Part shown: positions 53,821-63,662 of the stretch, in pieces
How positions within the stretch are numbered: position 1 is the first letter of the stretch
How the letters are laid out: each line of letters begins with the position of its first letter
NCBI GenBank assembly: GCA_934454525.1
Contig: CAKSFM010000002.1
Location: 9,792 to 73,791 of the forward strand
Source of the DNA: an uncultured Clostridia bacterium
GTDB taxonomy: Bacteria > Bacillota > Clostridia > UMGS1883
Direction of reading: 5' to 3'
DNA: 64,000 nucleotides
Translations under genes and position numbers: made by a program
Notes under the pieces: model-generated
Database searches by the model: none
What the model was told of the DNA's origin: nothing
Seen by the model: the letters and a program-made list of their open reading frames with translations, nothing else

Positions 53821-55659
53821 ATGATTATAAAAAAGCTTAATTTAATTTCTTTCGGAAAGTTTAAAGATAAAACGATTGAGCTTAACGATGGCTTCAACGC
53901 TTTTGCCGGGGATAATGAAGCCGGAAAAAGCACGGTTGCCGGATTTATCTTTGCCATGCTTTACGGCTTTGGCAGCAGCCGCAAAAAAGGAATCAATTTC
54001 CGCGACCGATATTCCCCGTGGGATGGCTCTGCGGCCGAAGGCAGCATGGAAATTGAATCCGGCGGCAGAACGTACACCGTTTACAGAAAATGCGGAAGCA
54101 GCAAAAGGAACGATGTACTTAAAATATTCGATTCGGAAAGCGGAACAGAGTTAAATAAATTGCCTGCCGAACTGTCATCTGTCAGTGAAGATACCTATGA
54201 GAAAACGCTTTACATAAGGCAGGCTTCAAGCTCTTTTGAAGGTACAACAGAGGAAATTACAGCAAAACTTTCAAATTTGTCCGACACCGGAAATGAAAAT
54301 GTCAGTTTTGAAAAGGCGCTTAAAATTCTTGATGCAATGCGCAGGAGAATTCAGCTTTCACGCGGCAGCGGCGGCGAGCTTGCGGTTATAAATCAAAGGC
54401 TTTGCTCACTTGCTGACGAAAAGCATATTTCGGAAAAGGAGCAGGCTGAGCTTGACAGACTGCGCAGGCGGCTTTTTGATGCGCAAAAGGAACTGGCAGA
54501 AGCAAAAAAGCGCTACAACGACTGCTGTCTCGGCGATAATTCGGAAGAGCTGCAAAATGCCGCTGTAATCCTTGAAAAGAAAAAACAAGCCGAGGATTTG
54601 CATGAGAAAAATCATATTCTGCTTTTAAATTACAGAAAGACGCTTCTCATTTACAACAGGCTGAAAAAGTTTGAGAAAATTCCCGATCGCCGTTTCACTG
54701 CAAGGCACACTGCACTATGCCTGATTCTGGTATTTTTCGGAATTACCCTTGCCTCCGCAATTAACAAATGGCTGTGCTTTCCCTCATTCATAGGGGCATT
54801 GGGTCTTATATTCGGCGGAGTGCAGCACGTTATCTATCTGAAGAATCTTAAGTCCGTGTACGGAACATTTCATACTAAGGAGCTTAAGAGAAAACAGACA
54901 GAAGCCATTGTGGCTTCAGCCGAGTGCAATTCCGCGCATCTGCTTTATTCGGATACGCATAACTCATATGAATCAGTGCGCACAGACCTCAATGAACGTA
55001 TTGAGGAATTCATGACAAAATACGGTTACGCCCCTGAGGACAGAGATAATGTGCGTGAAAAGCTTTCCTTTGAAAAGAAACAGGCGCACATAAATCTTAT
55101 TGCACTGAGCGAGGAGGTCAGCGCAATCGAAACAAAGCTTTCATGTGCCGGAGAGCCTCAGCTTGAAGCGAACGCCGCGGAATTTTCCGCGTTGACTCAA
55201 AGGCGAACCGAGCTGACGCATTTCTATGATTCCATCGGACTTGCTGCGAAAGCGCTTGCGGAAGCGCGCCGCAAATTGCAGCAGAATTTCGCACCTACTC
55301 TTAACGATGCTGCGTCAGAATATTTTTCTGAAATCACCGGCGGAAAATACAGCCGCCTGTTCACCGATGATAATCTTAAAATCAATGTTGATTCCGGTAT
55401 TCCTCGCAGCAGCGAGCTGTTTTCGGGCGGAACGATTGACCAGATGTATCTTGCGCTGCGGCTCGCCCTGACAGATATGCTGTTCGGCGAATCAAAAGTT
55501 CCTGTTATCCTTGATCAGCCGTTCACGCAGTACGACAAAAAACGCCGCAAAAATGCAGAAAAACTTCTTCATCGTCTTTCCGGCAAACGGCAGATTATTC
55601 TTTTTACCGAAAACGACAATTTATTTTCTGATATAAAGCCAACTGAAATATTGACATAA
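53821..55659 (+). CDS. AAA/SMC-like ATPase partner of the SbcD-like nuclease (YhaN-like), with central hydrophobic hairpin
   Basis: Walker A GDNEAGKST. C-terminal signature LFSGGTIDQMYLALRLAL and Walker B VPVILDQPF. Coiled-coil-type middle. Two hydrophobic helices ALCLILVFFGITLASAI / FPSFIGALGLIFGGV. Confidence 0.8.
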   Translation: MIIKKLNLISFGKFKDKTIELNDGFNAFAGDNEAGKSTVAGFIFAMLYGFGSSRKKGINFRDRYSPWDGSAAEGSMEIESGGRTYTVYRKCGSSKRNDVLKIFDSESGTELNKLPAELSSVSEDTYEKTLYIRQASSSFEGTTEEITAKLSNLSDTGNENVSFEKALKILDAMRRRIQLSRGSGGELAVINQRLCSLADEKHISEKEQAELDRLRRRLFDAQKELAEAKKRYNDCCLGDNSEELQNAAVILEKKKQAEDLHEKNHILLLNYRKTLLIYNRLKKFEKIPDRRFTARHTALCLILVFFGITLASAINKWLCFPSFIGALGLIFGGVQHVIYLKNLKSVYGTFHTKELKRKQTEAIVASAECNSAHLLYSDTHNSYESVRTDLNERIEEFMTKYGYAPEDRDNVREKLSFEKKQAHINLIALSEEVSAIETKLSCAGEPQLEANAAEFSALTQRRTELTHFYDSIGLAAKALAEARRKLQQNFAPTLNDAASEYFSEITGGKYSRLFTDDNLKINVDSGIPRSSELFSGGTIDQMYLALRLALTDMLFGESKVPVILDQPFTQYDKKRRKNAEKLLHRLSGKRQIILFTENDNLFSDIKPTEILT

Positions 55660-55711
55660 GCATATCTTTTGGGGTATACTGTAATATATGATATTCGGAG
55701 GAGGATTTTAT

Positions 55712-56071
55712 ATGGCAGCAAAAACAGATAATCAATACGGCAGCATAATTATATCCAACAACGTGATAGCAAAAGCGGCCGGCTTAATCGCCACAAGCTG
55801 CTACGGTGTTGTCGGAATGGCTGTCCGCAGCACAACTGACGGCATTGTGAGCCTTCTTAAGCCTTCCAATCTTGCAAAAGGTATCAAGGTTTCCGTTGAT
55901 AATAACGAAGTAACGGTAGATATGTATATTGTTGTTCAATACGGCGTGAATATCAACGCTACATGCGAAAACATAATGCATAACGTAAAATACAGACTTT
56001 CCGAAATTATTTGCATGGATGTAAAAAAGGTAAATATTTTCGTTGAAAGCATCCGTGTAACGAATGCATAA
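55712..56071 (+). CDS. Asp23/Gls24 family envelope stress protein (YloU-like)
   Basis: YGSIIISNNVIAKAAGLIATSCYGVVGM...VNIFVESIRV. ATG 55712 follows GGAGGAGG. It sits upstream of a DAK2 protein, as in the conserved yloU-yloV pair. Confidence 0.88.
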   Translation: MAAKTDNQYGSIIISNNVIAKAAGLIATSCYGVVGMAVRSTTDGIVSLLKPSNLAKGIKVSVDNNEVTVDMYIVVQYGVNINATCENIMHNVKYRLSEIICMDVKKVNIFVESIRVTNA

Positions 56072-56095
56072 CAAGGATTCGGAGGCTATATTAAA

Positions 56096-57721
56096 ATGAT
56101 AAAAACAATTGATGCGGCGCTTTTCTCAAGAATGATTATATCCGGCGCCAACAATTTAAGCAATAACAGGGAAACGGTGGATTCCCTTAATGTGTTCCCC
56201 GTACCCGACGGAGATACAGGAACAAATATGTCACTGACGTTTATCAACGCGGCACGGGCGGTTGAGAACGGAGATTTTGCAACTGTTTCCGATGTTGCGT
56301 CCGCGGTTGCAAAAGCAACGCTGCGCGGTGCGCGCGGCAATTCCGGCGTTATCCTCTCGCAGATATTCCGCGGAATATCAAAGTGCGTTCAGGGCGCTGC
56401 CGAAGCGGACGCAACTCTTTTGGCAGCAGCATTTGACAGTGCGCGCGAAACAGCATACCGCGCTGTTATGAAGCCGACCGAGGGTACTATTCTTACGGTT
56501 ATCAGAATGGTTGCCCAAGCTGCCGGAGAGTATGAGGGCGCGGACTGCACCGGACTTTTTCAAACGATATCTGAAAAAGGCAATGAGGCGCTCAGCCGCA
56601 CAACAGAAATGCTTCCGCAGCTGGCGCAGGCAGGTGTTGTTGATGCAGGCGGTCAGGGTCTGATGTTTATTTTGGAGGGTTTTTTAAGCGAACTGTGCGG
56701 AAATCCAGTGCAGCTTGAAAGCAATGCCGCAACGGCGGCAGGCGATAAACCCGCGCAGCAGTCCGTCCGCACGGAGGATATTCGTTTCGCATACTGCACA
56801 GAATTTATTATAAACAAGTCCGACGCCTCGCTTTCGGCAGCAAAGCTGAAAAGCGCCATCCGCCCGCGCGGAGACTGCATGCTGGTCATTGACGAGGATG
56901 ATATTGTCAAGGTGCATATTCACACAAATCACCCCGGATTTGTTCTTGAACAGGCTGTTAAGCTTGGTGAGCTTGTGAATATTAAGATTGAAAACATGCG
57001 CCAGCAGCACACCAGTATTCTTGAGGGCATACAAAAACCGGAGGAACCTAAGGCTCAGCCGCATAAGGAATCGGCAATTGTCGCTGTTGCTTCCGGAGAA
57101 GGTCTTGAAAAGGTATTCCGCGAACTTGGCGCCGATGAAATCATTCGCGGCGGACAGACGATGAACCCCAGCACCGAGGACATTGTGAACGCAATAAAAA
57201 AGGTTAATGCCGATAACGTGATTATACTTCCGAATAACAAGAATATCATCCTTGCGGCGCAGCAGGCACAATACCTGTGTGACTGCCGGATTATCGTTAT
57301 TGAATCAAAATCAATTCCGCAGGGAATATCCGCAATGATGTCTTATTCTAAAACGGCTTCTTTTGATGATAATGCGGTGCGCATGGCAAAGGCGCTTTCA
57401 AAGGTTAAAAGCGGCAGCGTGACTCACGCCGTTAAAGATACGAACATTGACGGAAAGGAAATTGTATCGGGAAATATTATCGGCGTGTCGGACGGACACA
57501 TTCTTTCCGTTTCCGAAAACAGAGAGGACGCTGCGTTTGATCTGATTTCTGCCATTGCCGATGAGGACAGCGAGCTTATAACGCTTTACCGCGGCGACGG
57601 TGTTTCCGAGGACGATATGTCATCTCTTGCCGCGCGCGTTGAGGACGCTTTCCCCGACGCGGACGTTGTTACCGCGGACGGCGGACAGCCTGTGTACTTT
57701 TATATAATATCAGTGGAATAA
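56096..57721 (+). CDS. DAK2 domain-containing protein (YloV-like)
   Basis: LNVFPVPDGDTGTNM and GARGNSGVILSQ are Dak phosphatase-domain motifs. 541 aa. Confidence 0.9.
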   Translation: MIKTIDAALFSRMIISGANNLSNNRETVDSLNVFPVPDGDTGTNMSLTFINAARAVENGDFATVSDVASAVAKATLRGARGNSGVILSQIFRGISKCVQGAAEADATLLAAAFDSARETAYRAVMKPTEGTILTVIRMVAQAAGEYEGADCTGLFQTISEKGNEALSRTTEMLPQLAQAGVVDAGGQGLMFILEGFLSELCGNPVQLESNAATAAGDKPAQQSVRTEDIRFAYCTEFIINKSDASLSAAKLKSAIRPRGDCMLVIDEDDIVKVHIHTNHPGFVLEQAVKLGELVNIKIENMRQQHTSILEGIQKPEEPKAQPHKESAIVAVASGEGLEKVFRELGADEIIRGGQTMNPSTEDIVNAIKKVNADNVIILPNNKNIILAAQQAQYLCDCRIIVIESKSIPQGISAMMSYSKTASFDDNAVRMAKALSKVKSGSVTHAVKDTNIDGKEIVSGNIIGVSDGHILSVSENREDAAFDLISAIADEDSELITLYRGDGVSEDDMSSLAARVEDAFPDADVVTADGGQPVYFYIISVE

Positions 57722-57745
57722 ATTTTTTCGAAAGAGGAATTTATT

Positions 57746-59785
57746 ATGAATCCTTATGAATCCGATGTTCGCGTTCTAAAAGGAATAGGCGACGCCAAGG
57801 CAAAGCTTCTGCTGCGCCTTGGCATTTCTTCTGTGGGCGACCTGCTTGAGCATTATCCCGTGCGCTTTGAAGACCGCCGCACCGTCACACCCGTGTTCAG
57901 CTGTGAGGACGGTGCTGCCGTATGCGTAACGGCGCGCGTTGTAACGCCCGTTTCCGAAAATCATGTGCGAAAAGGAATGTGCTATTATAAATTTTCTGTA
58001 TGTGATGACAGCGGAACAATGAGCTGCACATTTTTCAATAACAAATACATAAAGGATATCATTAAAGTCGGTATGACATATACATTTTACGGAAAAATAA
58101 GCCGCCGCGGAAGAAGCGTTTCGATGCTTCCGTCAGAATTCGAACCCGCTGCGGCATCCTCATGCACAAAGGCAATTATACCGATATATCCGTTAACGGC
58201 CGGAATTAATCAGCGGCTTCTCCGCAATGCGATTCTTTCGGCGCTTTCGCTTTGCGCCGATTATCCTGACGAATCACTGCCGGCGGAGATAACTCAGCGG
58301 CACTGTCTTTGCAGCCGCCTGTATGCGCTGCGCAGCATTCATTTCCCCGAGGATGAAAAAAGCCTTGAGATTGCCCGGCGGCGGCTTGTGTTTGAGGAAT
58401 TTTTTCTGCTTCAGATGTCGCTGCGCCGCGTTAAAGACAACACAGCAAAATCTGTCGGAACGCGTTTTTCAGACTGCGCAATCGAACCGTTTCTCGAAAA
58501 ACTGCCGTTTTCTCTTACAGATGCACAGCAGCGCGTACTATGCGATATTATGAACGATGTGTCGGGTGGTTTTTGCATGAACAGGCTTGTGCAGGGTGAC
58601 GTTGGCAGCGGAAAAACCGTTATTGCTGCCGCCGCAATGTATCTTGCAGCAAAAAACGGCTGTCAGGCTGCCATGATGGCGCCGACCGAGGTTCTCGCGT
58701 CACAGCATTTCAACGATCTCTCCCCCATTCTTACCGGACTTGGCTTTAAAACGGCTCTTCTCACAGGCAGCACAAAAAAGAAAGAAAAGGAAGAAATATA
58801 TGAGCAGCTGCAATCCGGAAAAATCAGTGTTATTTTCGGAACTCACGCACTCATCACCGACAAAGTGCATTTTCATCATCTTGCACTCGCCGTAACTGAT
58901 GAACAGCACCGATTCGGCGTACGTCAGCGCGCACTTCTGTCGGAAAAAAGTTTCTCGGTGCACACACTTGTTATGACAGCAACGCCTATTCCGCGGACAC
59001 TTGCTCTCATTATGTACGGAGATATGGATATCTCGTTCATTGATTCCCTGCCCCCGGGGCGGCAGAAGATTGACACTTTCTGCATTGACAAAGGCAAGCT
59101 CGGGAGGATGTACGGCTTTATCCGCCGCGAAACCGCTGCCGGTAACCGGGCATATATCGTTTGCCCGTCAGTGGAGGAAAATGAAGATATCCCGATGACT
59201 GCCGTTACCTCACTTTTTAAAGAACTCAGTGAAAAAGTTTTTCCCGATATCCCCATGGGACTGGTTCACGGGAAAATGAAGCCTTCCGAAAAAGAAAAGG
59301 CGATGCGCGATTTTTCGGACGGAACAACGAAAATTCTTGTTGCAACAACTGTTATTGAAGTCGGGGTAAATGTGCCGGAAGCAACTATCATGGCTGTGCT
59401 GGATGCGGAACGCTTCGGACTCAGTCAGCTGCATCAGCTGCGCGGACGCGTCGGCAGAGGAAAAACGAAAAGCTATTGTATTCTTGTGTGCAATTCCGGT
59501 TCGGATACCGTTATGCAGCGAATGAAGATAATGACCAAAAGCAGCGACGGGTTTAAAATTTCGGAAACCGACCTTTCACTGCGCGGCCCCGGTGACTTTT
59601 TCGGAACGCGGCAGCACGGTATTCTCAATCTTAAAATTGCAAGTCTTGCCAACGATATGGAGGTTCTTAAAGAAAGCGGAGCTGCTGCGGAGGAGCTTCT
59701 GCGCTCAGACCCCGGACTCACGCACGAAAATCATATAAGACTCAGAAGCCGAACCGACAGTCTGATAAGCAAGCTTAATCTGTGA
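57746..59785 (+). CDS. recG: ATP-dependent DNA helicase RecG
   Basis: Helicase motifs GDVGSGKT (I), VTDEQHRFG (II, DEQH), MTATPIPRT and QLHQLRGRVGRG (VI), with an N-terminal wedge domain. Confidence 0.95.
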   Translation: MNPYESDVRVLKGIGDAKAKLLLRLGISSVGDLLEHYPVRFEDRRTVTPVFSCEDGAAVCVTARVVTPVSENHVRKGMCYYKFSVCDDSGTMSCTFFNNKYIKDIIKVGMTYTFYGKISRRGRSVSMLPSEFEPAAASSCTKAIIPIYPLTAGINQRLLRNAILSALSLCADYPDESLPAEITQRHCLCSRLYALRSIHFPEDEKSLEIARRRLVFEEFFLLQMSLRRVKDNTAKSVGTRFSDCAIEPFLEKLPFSLTDAQQRVLCDIMNDVSGGFCMNRLVQGDVGSGKTVIAAAAMYLAAKNGCQAAMMAPTEVLASQHFNDLSPILTGLGFKTALLTGSTKKKEKEEIYEQLQSGKISVIFGTHALITDKVHFHHLALAVTDEQHRFGVRQRALLSEKSFSVHTLVMTATPIPRTLALIMYGDMDISFIDSLPPGRQKIDTFCIDKGKLGRMYGFIRRETAAGNRAYIVCPSVEENEDIPMTAVTSLFKELSEKVFPDIPMGLVHGKMKPSEKEKAMRDFSDGTTKILVATTVIEVGVNVPEATIMAVLDAERFGLSQLHQLRGRVGRGKTKSYCILVCNSGSDTVMQRMKIMTKSSDGFKISETDLSLRGPGDFFGTRQHGILNLKIASLANDMEVLKESGAAAEELLRSDPGLTHENHIRLRSRTDSLISKLNL

Positions 59786-59914
59786 AAAACATAAGCTCAG
59801 CGAACCCCATGCAGCTCAAAAAGGCAAAAAAGTTTTTCATTAATACTGGATTTTTTAATTTGACTGTGATATAATAATAAAATGAATCTCTAAATACATA
59901 TTGGGGGAATTAAA

Positions 59915-60748
59915 TTGACATTATTTAAAGCATTTATACTCGGACTTGTTCAGGGTTTGAGTGAATTTCTTCCCATATCAAGCTCCGGTCATCTGGCAAT
60001 AGTCGGCGCACTTATGGGTATGGACGCGGAAGCGGCAAATTTGCTTTCTTTTAATATTTTGCTCCATGTTGCAACGCTTGCAGCCGTTTTTGCCGCGTTT
60101 TACAGCGATATTATCGAAATGATAAAGGCATTTTTTTCAATGCTCGGCGACCTTTTCCGCGGAAAGGGTTTGCGCCTTAAGGAGTTCGAGTATCGCCGCC
60201 TTATAGCAATGCTGATTGTCGGAACAATTCCGGCGGTTATTGCCGCCCTCCTGTTCGGCGATTTGATTTCAAATCCGCAACTTTGGCAAATCGGTGTTTT
60301 TCTGCTTATCACGGCTGCTCTGCTGTTTCTCAGCGAAAAGCTCGGCGGCGGAAAAACAGAGCTTAAGGATATGACATATAAGCAGGCGGTCTGCGTCGGA
60401 ATATTCCAGGGGTTCGGAACGCTCCCGGGAATAAGCCGCAGCGGAAGCACGATTGTAGGGGGTCTTTTCAGCCGCTTAAACCGCGAAACGGCAGTGCGCT
60501 TTTCATTTCTGCTTTCCATCCCGGCAATTCTCGGCGCGCTTGTGCTTGACCTTAAGGACATTGCGTCAAGCGGCAAGCAGCTTTTTTCGTTCGGCACGGT
60601 CGCCGTCGGAATGATAACCGCCGCTGTAAGCGGTTACTTTGCAATCCGCTTTCTTCTTAATCTTGTTAAAAAAAGTAAGCTCAGCTATTTCGCATATTAT
60701 TGTATTTTTGCAGGCTTTGCTGCTATCATACTTAACTTTATACTCTGA
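59915..60748 (+). CDS. uppP: Undecaprenyl-diphosphate phosphatase
   Basis: GLVQGLSEFLPISSSGHL and the PGISRSGSTI BacA motifs. TTG start after GGGGGAA. Confidence 0.92.
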   Translation: MTLFKAFILGLVQGLSEFLPISSSGHLAIVGALMGMDAEAANLLSFNILLHVATLAAVFAAFYSDIIEMIKAFFSMLGDLFRGKGLRLKEFEYRRLIAMLIVGTIPAVIAALLFGDLISNPQLWQIGVFLLITAALLFLSEKLGGGKTELKDMTYKQAVCVGIFQGFGTLPGISRSGSTIVGGLFSRLNRETAVRFSFLLSIPAILGALVLDLKDIASSGKQLFSFGTVAVGMITAAVSGYFAIRFLLNLVKKSKLSYFAYYCIFAGFAAIILNFIL

Positions 60749-60767
60749 TTTTCCGGAGGTTTAACAT

Positions 60768-63344
60768 ATGGCAAAGGGTAAGACCGAAAAAAAGACCCCG
60801 TCAGCACAAACAAAGAAAAATGTAAAAAATGAAGCGCTCTCCCCGTCGGGGAAAGCGCTTTCACAGCGTACGACGCAGAAAAAGGTGCAAAAACGTTCAG
60901 CAGCGCCGCAGCGTGCAACAAAAAAATCCTCTGCCGCGCGTTATCCGAGAAAGGAAATCACGGCAATTGTCATGATTTTCGTGAGCATAATGTTTGTGCT
61001 CTCCTATTATTTCAAATCATTCGGAATTGTCGGTGAGCTTGTGAAAAATCTCGGGTGTATTCTGCTGGGAGCTTCATCATATGTCATCCCGGTCATTCTC
61101 TGCATTGCAACGGTTCATCTGTTTGCAAAGGGAACGCTTGCTCCTCATGTTCACCGCTATGTATTCGCGTCTCTGATGCTGATATTTGTGTCAGCGCTTC
61201 ACACGCTTTATTTCACAACGCTTGAACCTGAGCTTTTCTCTTCCGGGAATGCAACCTTTGCTTCTCTGATTGAAACATCGGTAACAAGCGGCAAAAGCTG
61301 TCATTCCGGCGGAATAATCGGGGCGCTGTTGGCGCTTCCGCTGCGCGGACTTGTTTCCTCAACCGGAGCAGCCGTTATTCTGGTCTGTCTGTCGCTCCTG
61401 TGCATTGTAACGGCAACCGGTCTTGAACCGCTCACAAACTTTGCCGGGTTTATATCAGACTCTGTATCGTCACTTATTGACAGAATGTACGAAGAAAAGG
61501 AATCTGCCTCCGAAAACCCGGAAAAAGAGCATGCCGGCAACGGCACTGAATCCGGCAGCAAAAAAACCGCTGAAAAAACTCCTGAGAAAAAAAAGAAGAA
61601 GAAAATTGCCTTATCGGAAGAAAAAGAGCCGGACAAGCCGGGCAATGAACCCGAAGTGCATGACGAAAAACCCGGGGGCAGCACAGAGCAGTCCGACTCT
61701 GATTTTGAAATTCATGTTTTCGAGCCTAAGCCGACTGACGAGCTTCCGAACCTTTCAGATCCGGTCAAAAAAACCGAAATCCCCAAGGATATTGAAAACA
61801 TGGCAATGGAGGCATCCGGCGGAGTTAAAGAAGAAAAAGAGGACAATTCACCGATTGAGCTTACCGACAGCGATATTGATACTGACCACATAGACTATGA
61901 GTTTCCTCCCGTTGATTTGCTTTCGCGCGATAAGGTTCCGGTTTCCGGCGGTGATAAAAAGGAAGACTTGCGGACGCAGGCAAATAAGCTTATCGAAACT
62001 TTGAAAAGCTTCGGTGTTGAAGCAAGAGTACTTGAAGTAAGCAAAGGACCGAGCGTCACGCGGTTTGAAATCCAGCCGTCAGCCGGCGTGAAGGTCAGCA
62101 AAATTGTTAATCTTGCCGATGATATTGCTCTGAACCTTGCAGCGATGGGAGTGAGAATTGAAGCTCCGATTCCCGGCAAGGCGGCTGTCGGAATTGAGAT
62201 TCCGAACAAAAACACTTCAATGGTTCGTCTGCGTGATGTTATTGATTCGGACGAATTTCGGAATTACAAGTCAAAAACAGCATTTGCAATGGGCAAAAAC
62301 ATTGAAGGATTGCCCGTTGTATCGGATATTTCAAAAATGCCGCACATGCTTATCGCCGGTGCAACAGGCAGCGGTAAAAGTGTTTGCATAAATTCGCTTA
62401 TTACAAGTATTCTCTATAAAGCCGACCCCAATCAGGTCAAACTGATACTCATTGACCCAAAGGTGGTTGAGCTTGGGGTTTATAACGGCATCCCCCACCT
62501 TCTTATTCCTGTTGTTACCGATCCGCGGCGCGCGGCAGGTGCGCTGAACTGGGCGGTGCAGGAGATGGTTAAGCGCTACCGAATGTTTGCCGACACAAAT
62601 GTGCGTGATATTAAGGGTTACAACGAATATGCAGCAATAAACGGCGAGCGTGAGTTAGAGCAGATTATAATCATCATCGATGAGCTTGCCGATCTTATGA
62701 TGGTAAGTCCGCGCGATGTTGAAGATTCCATATGCCGACTTGCACAGATGGCACGTGCCGCCGGCATGCATCTTGTTATTGCAACGCAGCGCCCGTCCGT
62801 TGATGTTATCACCGGTCTTATCAAGGCAAACGTTCCGAGCAGAATAGCATTCTCAGTTTCAAGCCAAATTGACAGCCGCACGATTCTCGATATGGGCGGC
62901 GCGGAAAAACTGCTCGGCAAAGGCGATATGCTGTTTCTCCCGATGGGAGCAAGCAAGCCGACAAGAATTCAGGGCGCGTTTGTTTCCGATAAGGAAGTTG
63001 AGAACATTGTCAGCTTCGTCAAAACCGACTTTTCGGCAAAATACGATGAGGATGTTATGGAACATATCGAAAACGGAGTTGAGGACACTTCCGAAGCTGA
63101 GGACAAATCCTCAGATTGGGATGAGCTTCTTCCGCAGGCAATCGAAATTGTTGTTGACATCGGTCAGGCAAGCGCATCTCTTTTGCAGCGCAAGCTTAAG
63201 GTCGGGTATTCGCGCGCCGGCAGACTGGTTGACCAGCTTGAGGAACGGGGAATCATCGGTCCGCACGAGGGCAGCAAGCCGCGCCGCGTTCTTATGACAA
63301 AAACCGAGCTTATGGAGCTGAATGCAAGCGGCAATAATATTTAG
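60768..63344 (+). CDS. ftsK: DNA translocase FtsK/SpoIIIE
   Basis: N-terminal TM domain and a Lys/Glu/Pro-rich linker. Motor domain with Walker A AGATGSGKSV and IIIIDELADLMM. C-terminal gamma winged-helix ASLLQRKLKVGYSRAGRLVDQLEERGIIG. Confidence 0.95.
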   Translation: MAKGKTEKKTPSAQTKKNVKNEALSPSGKALSQRTTQKKVQKRSAAPQRATKKSSAARYPRKEITAIVMIFVSIMFVLSYYFKSFGIVGELVKNLGCILLGASSYVIPVILCIATVHLFAKGTLAPHVHRYVFASLMLIFVSALHTLYFTTLEPELFSSGNATFASLIETSVTSGKSCHSGGIIGALLALPLRGLVSSTGAAVILVCLSLLCIVTATGLEPLTNFAGFISDSVSSLIDRMYEEKESASENPEKEHAGNGTESGSKKTAEKTPEKKKKKKIALSEEKEPDKPGNEPEVHDEKPGGSTEQSDSDFEIHVFEPKPTDELPNLSDPVKKTEIPKDIENMAMEASGGVKEEKEDNSPIELTDSDIDTDHIDYEFPPVDLLSRDKVPVSGGDKKEDLRTQANKLIETLKSFGVEARVLEVSKGPSVTRFEIQPSAGVKVSKIVNLADDIALNLAAMGVRIEAPIPGKAAVGIEIPNKNTSMVRLRDVIDSDEFRNYKSKTAFAMGKNIEGLPVVSDISKMPHMLIAGATGSGKSVCINSLITSILYKADPNQVKLILIDPKVVELGVYNGIPHLLIPVVTDPRRAAGALNWAVQEMVKRYRMFADTNVRDIKGYNEYAAINGERELEQIIIIIDELADLMMVSPRDVEDSICRLAQMARAAGMHLVIATQRPSVDVITGLIKANVPSRIAFSVSSQIDSRTILDMGGAEKLLGKGDMLFLPMGASKPTRIQGAFVSDKEVENIVSFVKTDFSAKYDEDVMEHIENGVEDTSEAEDKSSDWDELLPQAIEIVVDIGQASASLLQRKLKVGYSRAGRLVDQLEERGIIGPHEGSKPRRVLMTKTELMELNASGNNI

Positions 63345-63428
63345 TCAAAAGGCGCTTTTTACTTGACACAAACAGAAAAATGCGCTATACTATAGATTAA
63401 AGAGATTACATAAAGGAGATTCTGTACA

Positions 63429-63575
63429 ATGAAAAGAATAGTTACATTAAAGACACGCGATCTTAATAAGTCTGTTAAAACCGGCGGCTGCGGCGAGTGT
63501 CAGACATCTTGTCAGTCAGCCTGCAAGACCTCTTGCGGCGTAGCAAATCAGGCTTGCGAAAACAGCAATCGCTAA
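63429..63575 (+). CDS. scfA: SCIFF (six-cysteines-in-forty-five) ranthipeptide precursor
   Basis: 48-aa ORF absent from the track (under 60 aa): MKRIVTLKTRDLNKSVKTGGCGECQTSCQSACKTSCGVANQACENSNR. Six Cys fall in the canonical GGCGECQTSCQSACKTSC pattern. RBS AAAGGAGA. Confidence 0.9.
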   Translation: MKRIVTLKTRDLNKSVKTGGCGECQTSCQSACKTSCGVANQACENSNR

Positions 63576-63588
63576 ATTGAACTATAAG

Positions 63589-63628
63589 AGGGGTTGTAAG
63601 GTTTGTGGAAGCATTTCTTACAACCCCT
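63589..63628 (+). terminator. Hairpin between precursor and maturase (attenuator/partial terminator)
   Basis: aggggttgtaag (63589-63600) pairs with cttacaacccct (63617-63628), followed by GCTTTATT. Confidence 0.6.
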
Positions 63629-63662
63629 GCTTTATTATCATCTGTAAAAAAGGGGTTACAAA

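Noticed and set aside
52720-55659. The SbcD-like nuclease + AAA ATPase pair could be an anti-phage defence system (Lamassu- or Gabija-like).
   Set aside because: The context is conserved housekeeping (trmB upstream, asp23-DAK2-recG downstream). The pair matches the YhaO/YhaN arrangement common in Firmicutes, and no additional defence-type domains are visible.
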